Shown here piece by piece: positions 56,001-64,000 of a DNA stretch of 64,000 bases. The stretch comes from Pseudomonadota bacterium (GTDB lineage: Bacteria > Myxococcota > JACRCW01 > JAFGSX01). Both the position numbers and the translations under genes were made by a program. The notes beneath the pieces are model-generated. The model had not been told where the DNA came from, did no database searches, and saw only the letters and a program-made list of their open reading frames with translations. Positions within the stretch are counted from its first letter, which is position 1. Each line of letters begins with the position of its first letter. The DNA lies in assembly GCA_043821645.1 (NCBI GenBank), contig JBDRCO010000072.1:64001-128000 (forward strand), in the 5' to 3' direction.

Positions 56001-56872
56001 TGCTGCCCGCCCTGGCCACCGCGCTGTGCCTGGTCTTCGCTGCCGACGTCACCCCGGCCTCGCAGCCAGCCCCTGCCAGGGGCCCCGTGGTGGTGCTCGC
56101 GGATCGCGACACCCGCGCCTACAAGGAGGCGCGCGCAGGCATCGAGGCCGCCGCCGGGCGCCCGGTGCTGCTGGTGAACAGCAGCGAGACGGAGCGCTGG
56201 CATCAGCTCCAGCGCAGCCACGGCGATGCGACCTGGCTCGCCCTGGGACCCCGCGCCACCGCCCTGCTGAAGAGTTCACCCCACCCGCGCCGGGCCGCGC
56301 TGCTGGTGCAGCAGCAGGAGATACCGCCTGGTCTTGCCGCGGTCCCCCTCGAGCTGCCCTACGCGCAGCAGGTCGCCTGGCTCAAGACCGGATTTCCGGG
56401 AAGGTTGCGCCTGGTGGTGCTGCGCCAGCCCGGTGGTCCGGTCGACGACGAGGCGCTGCGCCAGGCCGCCCAGGCGGCGGAACTGGATCTGGTCCTGGTC
56501 GACGTGCGCCGCAGCGGAGATGCGGTCCCAGCCCTGGAGGGTGCGCTGCGCGATCGTCGCCACAGCTCGCTGCTGTGGGTCCTGCCGGATCCCGTTGCGG
56601 TGAGCACGGACACAGTGGCGCCGCTGGTGCAGGCCGCGCTCGCAGCGCGCGTACCCGTGGTCGGTTTCAGCGACTACTTCCTCCGCGTGGGCGCGCTGGG
56701 CGCGGTGGTGGTCGACTACCGTGCCGTGGGCTCCCAGGCGTACGGGATGGCGCGGGATCTGGCGACGAGCACGCAGGCTGCCGCGTCGGCGCACCTGGAG
56801 GTGGATGGCCGGCTCGCCGAGCGCCTTGGCATCGCCGTGGACAGTGGTCCCGGTGTCCAGGTGCGGAGATGA
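55997..56872 (+). CDS. Periplasmic binding-fold protein (ABC substrate-binding/YfiR-like)
   Basis: Signal peptide, LWVLPDP, VPVVGFS...GAL..V.VDYRAVGSQA. Overlaps both neighbours. Confidence 0.7.
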   Translation: MMLPALATALCLVFAADVTPASQPAPARGPVVVLADRDTRAYKEARAGIEAAAGRPVLLVNSSETERWHQLQRSHGDATWLALGPRATALLKSSPHPRRAALLVQQQEIPPGLAAVPLELPYAQQVAWLKTGFPGRLRLVVLRQPGGPVDDEALRQAAQAAELDLVLVDVRRSGDAVPALEGALRDRRHSSLLWVLPDPVAVSTDTVAPLVQAALAARVPVVGFSDYFLRVGALGAVVVDYRAVGSQAYGMARDLATSTQAAASAHLEVDGRLAERLGIAVDSGPGVQVRR

Positions 56873-58401
56873 ACACACCTCGTCGCTGGCGTCTGGGCCT
56901 GCGCGAACGGCTGGTGGCCGCGGTGCTGGGCGTGCTCACGGCACTGCTCGCCATCACCGCCGCGCTCGTCGTCATGCGCTCCGAGCTGGCCCTGGTCGAG
57001 GCCCAGCAGACGCGCTTCGCCGCACTCACGCGTCAGCTCGCGGACTCGCTGCGCTACGCCGTGCTGGCGCAGAGTCCCGCGCTCATGGAGCCCTCCCTCG
57101 ACGTGTTCGCGCGCAGCCCCGACCTGGTGCAGGTGGAGGTGCGCGACGAGCGGCGTGCCTTGCTGGCGGTGAAGAGTGGCCCCCAGGGCCCCGTGGGTGA
57201 TGGCGTCGAGCGCAGTGACGTGGTGACCGTGGAAGTTCCCGTCAACACCCGCGAGCAGGCGCCCGGCGATGAAGACGATGAGCTCGCGATCTTTGGTCTG
57301 GGCAGCGAGGGCACGCGCCTGGTGGGCTACGTGCAGGCGGTGTTCTCCACCGAGGCCACGGCACGCATCCAGGACAGGCTGCGGCGCGAGATCCTGGCGG
57401 CCTTCACGATCCTGGGCGGGCTGGGATTGCTCGCCGTGTTTGGGCTGGCGTCGTCCGTGGTGCGACGCACGCGCTTCCTGGCGCAGGCGGCGGCTCGGGT
57501 GGCTGAGGGCGACCTCGGGGTGCGCGTCGAGGACCCGGCAAGCGACGAGCTGGCAGCTCTGGCGCAGGACTTCAACGCCATGACCACCGCCCTGGCCGAG
57601 CAGCACGTCGCCCTCGACCAGGCCGCCTCGCAGCTCGCCGAACAGGAAGCGCTGAGTGCCATTGGACGTGCCACCGCAGTCATCGCCCACGAGCTCAAGA
57701 ACCCCCTGGGCATCCTGCTCGGAGCTGCCCAGATCGCGGCCAATGACGAGCGTCCCGAGACCGCGCGGCGCAAGGCTGCGGGCATCATCGTCGAGGAGGT
57801 GCAGCGGCTCGAGCGAACCCTCAACGAGCTGCTTCACTACGCCCGTCCGCGTCCGGCCAGCCGCATGCCGGTCGACGTCCTGGAGCTGTGCCGGCGCAGC
57901 GTGCAGCGCGTGCGTTCGCCGGGCGGCCCCGCCGAGGGCGCGTCCATCGACGTGAGCGGCGAGAGCTGCACGGTGCTCGCCGACGAGCAGCAGCTGGCGC
58001 AGATCCTGCTCAACTTGCTGACCAACGCCGCCCAGGCCGGTGCCAAGCACATCGCGATCGCCGTGCAGCGCGCGGCAAGCCGCGTGCGTGTCGAGGTGCA
58101 GGACGACGGACCCGGGATCGCCCCGAGTGTGCAGGATCAGCTGTTCCGACCCTTCGTCACCACCAAGCAGCGGGGAGCGGGCCTGGGCCTGGCTGGCTCG
58201 CGGCGCATGGCACGGGAGAACGCAGGGGACCTGCGACACGAGCCGGGCGAACAGGGCGCGCGCTTCGTGCTGGAACTCGAGATGGCCGCTCCAGGGAGCC
58301 CGCCACGACCGTCGGAACCACACACAGAGGCGTCAGAGCCAGGGCTCGACACCGCGGGGGCGGCGCACGAACGCCCTGACAAGAAAGAGGTCCAGGGATG
58401 A
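56869..58401 (+). CDS. HAMP sensor histidine kinase
   Basis: Start re-called at ATG 56869. Two TMs, DELAALAQDFNAM, AHELKNPL, DDGPG and GAGLGL. Confidence 0.93.
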   Translation: MNTPRRWRLGLRERLVAAVLGVLTALLAITAALVVMRSELALVEAQQTRFAALTRQLADSLRYAVLAQSPALMEPSLDVFARSPDLVQVEVRDERRALLAVKSGPQGPVGDGVERSDVVTVEVPVNTREQAPGDEDDELAIFGLGSEGTRLVGYVQAVFSTEATARIQDRLRREILAAFTILGGLGLLAVFGLASSVVRRTRFLAQAAARVAEGDLGVRVEDPASDELAALAQDFNAMTTALAEQHVALDQAASQLAEQEALSAIGRATAVIAHELKNPLGILLGAAQIAANDERPETARRKAAGIIVEEVQRLERTLNELLHYARPRPASRMPVDVLELCRRSVQRVRSPGGPAEGASIDVSGESCTVLADEQQLAQILLNLLTNAAQAGAKHIAIAVQRAASRVRVEVQDDGPGIAPSVQDQLFRPFVTTKQRGAGLGLAGSRRMARENAGDLRHEPGEQGARFVLELEMAAPGSPPRPSEPHTEASEPGLDTAGAAHERPDKKEVQG

Positions 58402-59789
58402 CACACCGCGTGCTGCTGGTCGAGGACGAGCAGAACTACCGGCAGGTGATCGCCATGATGATCGCCGATCTCGATGTGACGCTCATCGAGGCGGGCGATG
58501 GCCGCGAGGCTCTGGAGAAGCTGGACAGTCACGAGGTCGACCTCATCATCACCGACCTCAACATGCCGCGCATGGACGGCATGGCCTTGCTGGCAGAGCT
58601 CAAGACCCGCCAGCTCAACCTGCCTGTCGTCGTCATCACGGCCTACGGCACGGTGGACTCGGCGGTGGAGGCCATGCGTCTGGGAGCCATCGACTACCTG
58701 CAAAAACCCTTCGAAGAAGCGCGCCTGCGCCTGACCTTGCAACGTGTGCTGCAGGTCAGTGACCTGATGGCCGAGAACAGGCGGCTGCGCGACGCCGTGG
58801 AAAAGAAGTTCGACTTCTCACAGATCATCGGTGAGTCGGCGGCCATGGTCGCGGCGCTGAGGGTGGCCGGCCAGGTTGCGGGCACCGACGCCACGGTGCT
58901 GGTCGAAGGCGAGAGCGGCACTGGCAAGGAACTGGTGGCCCGGGCCATTCATTTCAACAGCCGGCGGGCCCGCAAACCCTTCGTGGCCGTGAACTGCGCG
59001 GCCCTGCCCGATACCTTGCTCGAGGCGGAACTCTTCGGCAGCGAGGTTGGCGCCTACACCGGAGCCACGCGCCGCCGCCGCGGCCGGGTCGAGCTGGCCC
59101 AGGGGGGAACCCTGTTCCTCGACGAGATAGGCGATATGCCGGCCATGCTGCAGGCCAAGATCCTGCGCCTGATCCAGGAGAAGACCTACACACCGCTGGG
59201 CGGCGAGCAGGAAGCCCGCGCCGACGTGCGCTTCGTGCTGGCGACCCACCGCGACCTCAAATCCCTGGTGGCCGAGGGCCGCTTTCGCGAGGACCTGTAC
59301 TACCGGGTGAGCGGACTGCCCGTGCGTCTACCGCCCTTGAGGCAACGCGGTGACGACGTGGTGTTGCTCGCCGAGGCCCTGATCAAGCAAGCCTGCCAGA
59401 ACCTGGACCGCCCTCCCCTGGAGCTGACCCCGGCCGCGCGCGATGCCCTGCGAGGCTACGGTTTCCCGGGCAACGTGCGCGAGCTGGCCAATCTGGTGGA
59501 GCGCGCCACCTTGCTGAGCGAAGGCACCACCATCGACGCGACGGACCTGGAACTCGACGACAACCCCGCCTCGGCACCGGCAGCGGGATCGGTCCCCGGA
59601 GCCTCGACCACGGCGGTCAGCGGTGTGTTCACCCTGCCCGAGCAGGGCGTGTCTCTCGAGGAACTCGAGCGCAGCATGGTCAAGCAAGCCCTCGATCGCG
59701 CTGCGGGCAACAAGAGCCGCGCGGCCAAGTTGCTGGGCCTGTCCCGCGCCACCCTGCGCTACCGCATCGAGAAGTTCGGGCTCGAGTGA
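58398..59789 (+). CDS. Sigma54-dependent response regulator (NtrC family)
   Basis: Receiver domain, [14 protein letters not shown] (GAFTGA variant), LFLDEIG, GNVREL and a Fis-type HTH. Confidence 0.95.
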   Translation: MTHRVLLVEDEQNYRQVIAMMIADLDVTLIEAGDGREALEKLDSHEVDLIITDLNMPRMDGMALLAELKTRQLNLPVVVITAYGTVDSAVEAMRLGAIDYLQKPFEEARLRLTLQRVLQVSDLMAENRRLRDAVEKKFDFSQIIGESAAMVAALRVAGQVAGTDATVLVEGESGTGKELVARAIHFNSRRARKPFVAVNCAALPDTLLEAELFGSEVGAYTGATRRRRGRVELAQGGTLFLDEIGDMPAMLQAKILRLIQEKTYTPLGGEQEARADVRFVLATHRDLKSLVAEGRFREDLYYRVSGLPVRLPPLRQRGDDVVLLAEALIKQACQNLDRPPLELTPAARDALRGYGFPGNVRELANLVERATLLSEGTTIDATDLELDDNPASAPAAGSVPGASTTAVSGVFTLPEQGVSLEELERSMVKQALDRAAGNKSRAAKLLGLSRATLRYRIEKFGLE

Positions 59790-59857
59790 CACAGCCGGGC
59801 GCCCTGAGCCGCCGGCCGCATCCATGCTAAGCTGCACACTCCGCCCCGGAGTGCCAC

Positions 59858-61987
59858 ATGCAGGGAGTCCCTTCGAGACGATCCGCCATCGCCTGCTCGC
59901 TGGTCCTCGTGCTGGGAGCTGCGCTCCTGGCGTGCCCGCAACCCGCAGGGACCTGCAGCACCCAGGCGCACTGTGCCACCGGCGAGCTCTGCATCGAGGG
60001 CCGGTGCCGGCAGGCCTGTGCCTCCAGTGCCGTGGATTGCCCATCTGACCAACAGTGCCACGACGGTGTGTGCCTCCCCCTCGGCAACGCCTGTTCCAGC
60101 CCCGCCGACTGCCTAGGTATCGAGGCCTGTGTCCAGGGACTCTGCCATCTGCTGTGCAGCACCAGCGTGCCCTGCCCGGGATCACAGCAGTGCATGCAAG
60201 GGTCCTGCATCGCGGCCACCGATGCCGCGACCCTGGACGGCTCTGGCAGCGACCAGCGCGCCCGGGACAGCGTGCAGCAAGATTCGGCTGCGGCGTCGGA
60301 CCTTGGCATGTCCCCGGATGGACCGGTGTCCCGGGATGCCATGAGCGGCCAGGACAGGGCCGATGCGTCGGCCGTTGACATCGTTCGCAACGCTGACGCG
60401 ACAGTCTTGTCCGATCACCCGACGGCAAGCGATGTTCCTGCCATCGTCGATGGTTCGACTGTCATCTCCGATGGCATGACTGTCCTGTCCGATGCCGGAA
60501 CCGCCGACCTGGACCTGTGCAGCGATTCGGTATGTCCGGCGCCTGGTCAGTGTCACAACGTCGACGGAGGTGGGCACCAGTGTGCCTGCGGCGACGAGGT
60601 GTGTGCCAGCGGTCTGCTGTGCGTGGCCGACCGGGGCGACGCCGGCGTCGGGGACGCAGCACCGGTGTGTTGCGCGGACGGCCTGACCAACTGCAGCAGC
60701 ACCTGCGTCGACACCGCGCAGGACACGCGCCACTGCGGCGCGTGCGGCCACAGCTGTGCCTTCGGCGAGAGCTGCAGCAACGGATCGTGTGTGTGCGGTG
60801 CCACCCCCGGCTGCAACGCTGGCAGCCAGGATTGCTGTGGTGGCGTCTGCCGCGATGTGCTGACGGATCCCCTGCACTGCGGGCCCGTGGGCACAGGAAT
60901 AGGCTGCTCGGCAAACTGTGTCTCGATGTCCGGGGTGGACTGCAGCCGCGCCTGCAGTCAGGCCCTGGTGACGCTGTCGGGCACCGTGTCCGGCCCCTTT
61001 GCCTTTCCGCAATATGACGTGGTGATCACCGACCTCGCCGTGACGCCCTTCGACGGGATCAACGCGGGTGTCCTGCTGGTGACCGGCGCCAACATTCAGG
61101 TCACGGGGACCCTCGACGCCACGGGGGCCGGCTACGGCGGTGGCGGCGGTGGCGGGGGTGGCGCCGGCGGGGCGGGAGGCTACGATCAGGACCAGCTGGG
61201 TGGCGAGGGAGGCAACGCCGTCGCCGGAAGCATCGCGGGCATGGCGGGAACGGGGTGCGTGAGCGACCCGGGAAGCAGTCCTGACTGGACCTGCGAGATC
61301 CTGGGGAGTCGCCCCGGCGGCAATGGCGGCAAGGGTGGAGGCAGCTTCGGTGGGTCGGGGGGTACAGGCACCACGGCGGCCGGCGCCGGCGGCTATCTGG
61401 CCACCGGGGTCAATGGCGACAGCACGACCGACAGCCAGGTGTGGATGGGGGGTGGCGGTGGCGGCGGACGCGGCGGACGCGGCGCCGACGGCTGGAACGA
61501 CTCCGGCACCTACTGCGGCGGTGGCGGTGGGGGCGGCGCCGGCGCCGGCTACCGAGGTGGCGGGGCCATCCTCCTGGTGAGTTCGGGCGAACTGGTGGTG
61601 ACAGGCAGCATCCTCACCCGTGCGCAGGTGAGCTCCGTCGGCGCCAGCGGCGGCAACGGGCACGCCTCGATGGGCTGGGAGGGTGGGGACGGTGGCCGTG
61701 GCGGCCACGCGCCCCAGGGTGGTGGCGAGGGCGGGACCGGTGGCATGGGTTGGTCGGCCTGTAGCGGTGCGGCGGCACATAGCGGCACGACCGGTGCCGC
61801 GGGCGGCGGCGGTGCCGGTGGCGGCATCCTGCTGCAAGCTGACGTCGTGAACATCGACGGGGTCCTCGACGCCCGGGGAACGGGGGACCAGCTCGCCAAC
61901 AGCGGAACCATCAAGATCTTCTGGCACAACAGCTATCTGAACAACGGGGACCCGGCCACCATTCGGGCCTTGATCGAGCAGCGGTAG
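59858..61987 (+). CDS. Cys-rich lipoprotein with C-terminal glycine-rich domain
   Basis: Lipobox LLAC, C..DC...C modules, D..HCGACG..C repeats, poly-Gly blocks alternating with beta strands. Confidence 0.8.
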   Translation: MQGVPSRRSAIACSLVLVLGAALLACPQPAGTCSTQAHCATGELCIEGRCRQACASSAVDCPSDQQCHDGVCLPLGNACSSPADCLGIEACVQGLCHLLCSTSVPCPGSQQCMQGSCIAATDAATLDGSGSDQRARDSVQQDSAAASDLGMSPDGPVSRDAMSGQDRADASAVDIVRNADATVLSDHPTASDVPAIVDGSTVISDGMTVLSDAGTADLDLCSDSVCPAPGQCHNVDGGGHQCACGDEVCASGLLCVADRGDAGVGDAAPVCCADGLTNCSSTCVDTAQDTRHCGACGHSCAFGESCSNGSCVCGATPGCNAGSQDCCGGVCRDVLTDPLHCGPVGTGIGCSANCVSMSGVDCSRACSQALVTLSGTVSGPFAFPQYDVVITDLAVTPFDGINAGVLLVTGANIQVTGTLDATGAGYGGGGGGGGGAGGAGGYDQDQLGGEGGNAVAGSIAGMAGTGCVSDPGSSPDWTCEILGSRPGGNGGKGGGSFGGSGGTGTTAAGAGGYLATGVNGDSTTDSQVWMGGGGGGGRGGRGADGWNDSGTYCGGGGGGGAGAGYRGGGAILLVSSGELVVTGSILTRAQVSSVGASGGNGHASMGWEGGDGGRGGHAPQGGGEGGTGGMGWSACSGAAAHSGTTGAAGGGGAGGGILLQADVVNIDGVLDARGTGDQLANSGTIKIFWHNSYLNNGDPATIRALIEQR

Positions 61988-62016
61988 CCCCTCGCTGTGA
62001 CCCGCGAGAAATCCGT

Positions 62017-63927
62017 TCAGGCTCCTGCCTCCGGACGCTCGCTGCGCGGTCGACGACGCAGGCCTGCCAGCGCCAGCGCCAGCAGTCCCGATGGCGCCGA
62101 GGGAAAGCCCTCGCGGCAGCTACAGCCGCGGGCGACCACCGTCGAGAGTTTCTGACTGTCCGTCGTGACAGGGGCGTCCGCGATCGCACCTCCCTCGACG
62201 ACGCTGGCCGCGTCCTCGCGGCTTCCATCAACCGCGGCAACATCCGCCCCCATGGCCTGATCCGCGGCGAGCAGATCGGCCCGGGCAGTGTCGAGAGGGG
62301 AGGCGTCGCCGACGACCTGTGCATCACCGGCCATGGCTGCATCACCTGCGGGCGAAGCATCGGCAAGCGGTGCACTGTCCACCCTGGCGACGTCGGCCGC
62401 GGTCGCAGCATCGGACAGGGCTCCCGAGTCCGCCACCGTTCCTGCATCCGTTCCTGCGTCCCCGGACAGACCGGCATCCTCGACCGCCTGTGCATCGAGG
62501 TTAGAAGTCGCGTCTCGCAGCGGCCCCGCGTCTGTCCCGGGTGGCAGGTACTCGTAGGCGCCCAGGTCCTCGACGCCCTCCTGCGGCCGCGGCACGCGGT
62601 CCCTGTCGTCGACGGGGGCCAGGACGGACGAGCCTACATTGCGCGCCGGGCTGCTGGGGATCAGGTGCAGGTCCCCGCCCAGGTAGTTGACGAAGTACGC
62701 GTCGACGTCGCTGATCAGAGCGTTGTGGTCCTCGGTCACATCCTGGCCGGCGGCGATGCTGAGCGCGGTGGTCAGGTTGTTCCGCACCACGCAGCCCGTG
62801 CTCGCCGTGCCGTCCTTGTGCAGGCCGATGCTGATCCAGGGCGGGCCTGGGGTCGTGTCGTTGAGGTCGAGCACGGTGTTGTTGACGATGCGGCTGTTGC
62901 GGGCACCGAGCAGGGTGATGCCATGCCAGTGATCGGTGAGGATGACATTGTTCTCGATCACCCAGTCGACGAAGAAGCCGTCGAAGCAGCCTATGCCCTG
63001 CAGGGTGCCGCGAAAGGGCTGGTTGGGGTCCGTGTAGTTGATGATGGTATTTCCGCGCAGGGTGATGCCGACGACCTCGCCAGTGCCGACGCCACCAGGG
63101 CCCACGGACCAGGACTGAAAGCCGTCGTCGTGGTTGGCATTGACGTCGTAGCAGTTCTTGACCGTGTTGTACTGAAAGGTGTCGTGGTCGCCCAGGCCGC
63201 GCAGGCCGTCACCGGCGAAGTTCTCGATCACGTTACCCTCGACCAGGCCTCGCGCGCCGCTCACGGTGATGCCGAAATTGACGTTGAGCAGGTGATTGTC
63301 CCGCGCCACGCAGTCGTCGCCGGACACGCTGATGCCATTGCAGGCCAGGTTGTTCCAGTCGTCTAGGGTCCAGGCCGAGGTGTCGCGCACGCTGAACAGC
63401 TCGCAGCCTTCGATGACGACATCGTGGGCGGGCCCGCTGTAGTTGTGCGAGGTCACTTCGACCAGGTGCACGGTGGTGTAGCTGGCGTCGTGACTGGGGC
63501 TGATGGAGACGCCGCGCAGGAGCCAGTTGGCCGAGGCCACGATGCGGGCGCGCCTGAGCTGCGGGCTATGCCCGGGTTCGGCAGCGATGGTGACCAGGGC
63601 GCTGTTGTACATGCGAAGCAGGTCGAGCTCGCCGTGGTAGCCCGAGCGCAGCCAGATCGTGTCGCCGGCCTTCACCGGTGCGCCGACGTTGCGCGGCACC
63701 AGGGTCGAGCTCGCCGTGTAGGGCAAGGCATCCCAGGTCCGTGTCTCGACAAGGTCGTCGGCGATCACCTCCTGCAGGGTGCGCCAGGGGTGCGCCGCGC
63801 TGCCATCGTTGCCAGGATCGCCAGTGGCAGGGTCGACGTAGAACTCCTCGGCGCGTGCGGCTGGAACCAGGAGCAGGACCACACCGAGCAGAACGATCGC
63901 GGATGGCCGGGTTCCGGAGCAGCGCAT
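62017..63927 (-). CDS. Right-handed parallel beta-helix (pectate-lyase-like) surface protein with MYXO-CTERM
   Basis: FYVDP..G..GNDGS..PW.TL, Asn-ladder repeats, HDDGFQ and D.GAYEY. C-terminal RGCSC...LLALALAGLRRR. Start re-called at ATG 63927. Confidence 0.85.
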   Translation of the reverse strand: MRCSGTRPSAIVLLGVVLLLVPAARAEEFYVDPATGDPGNDGSAAHPWRTLQEVIADDLVETRTWDALPYTASSTLVPRNVGAPVKAGDTIWLRSGYHGELDLLRMYNSALVTIAAEPGHSPQLRRARIVASANWLLRGVSISPSHDASYTTVHLVEVTSHNYSGPAHDVVIEGCELFSVRDTSAWTLDDWNNLACNGISVSGDDCVARDNHLLNVNFGITVSGARGLVEGNVIENFAGDGLRGLGDHDTFQYNTVKNCYDVNANHDDGFQSWSVGPGGVGTGEVVGITLRGNTIINYTDPNQPFRGTLQGIGCFDGFFVDWVIENNVILTDHWHGITLLGARNSRIVNNTVLDLNDTTPGPPWISIGLHKDGTASTGCVVRNNLTTALSIAAGQDVTEDHNALISDVDAYFVNYLGGDLHLIPSSPARNVGSSVLAPVDDRDRVPRPQEGVEDLGAYEYLPPGTDAGPLRDATSNLDAQAVEDAGLSGDAGTDAGTVADSGALSDAATAADVARVDSAPLADASPAGDAAMAGDAQVVGDASPLDTARADLLAADQAMGADVAAVDGSREDAASVVEGGAIADAPVTTDSQKLSTVVARGCSCREGFPSAPSGLLALALAGLRRRPRSERPEAGA

Positions 63928-64000
63928 GGGGCCTCCGTGGCACACAAGGCCCGAGTATAACGTTCTGTCGACGGTTGGGCGACGCGGCAAGGCCCGTGCT

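Noticed and set aside
61130-61830. GGC-rich stretch as a DNA repeat array or CRISPR
   Set aside because: It is explained by glycine codons in a CDS, with no fixed repeat-spacer period.
1-64000. Long antisense or alternate-frame ORFs (e.g. 29207..31915, 40959..43013, 8356..10008, 20309..22060, 53895..55496)
   Set aside because: These are shadow ORFs typical of high-GC DNA. They overlap well-supported genes and carry no recognisable motifs.
1-64000. tRNA, rRNA, integrase, transposase, prophage or known defence genes
   Set aside because: None recognised by eye. tRNAscan-SE, cmscan and DefenseFinder would be needed to exclude them formally.

Overview
A GC-rich, gene-dense bacterial window that looks like Myxococcota: it has a MYXO-CTERM protein, a TIGR02266-like PilZ protein, PEGA and Cys-rich lipoproteins, and a Hanks kinase. 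About 49 CDSs can be supported. I saw no rRNA, tRNA, CRISPR array or mobile element. Five signals stand out. (1) A likely archaeal-type mevalonate module: isopentenyl phosphate kinase translationally coupled to UbiX, plus a short UbiD with motifs resembling archaeal anhydromevalonate-phosphate decarboxylases. (2) A hidden UshA-like selenoprotein (CGU motif) with an fdhF-like SECIS, directly behind a stand-alone nuoEF pair. (3) An ECF sigma factor and a divergent uncharacterised gene, each preceded by the same GTGAC-N16-CGTCTA promoter motif. (4) A cluster of probable c-di-GMP receptors: two ATPase-less MshEN proteins and a PilZ protein. (5) A TonB receptor / periplasmic protein / histidine kinase / sigma54 activator unit with divergent -24/-12 promoters. 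All family assignments come from motif recognition by eye; no searches were run.
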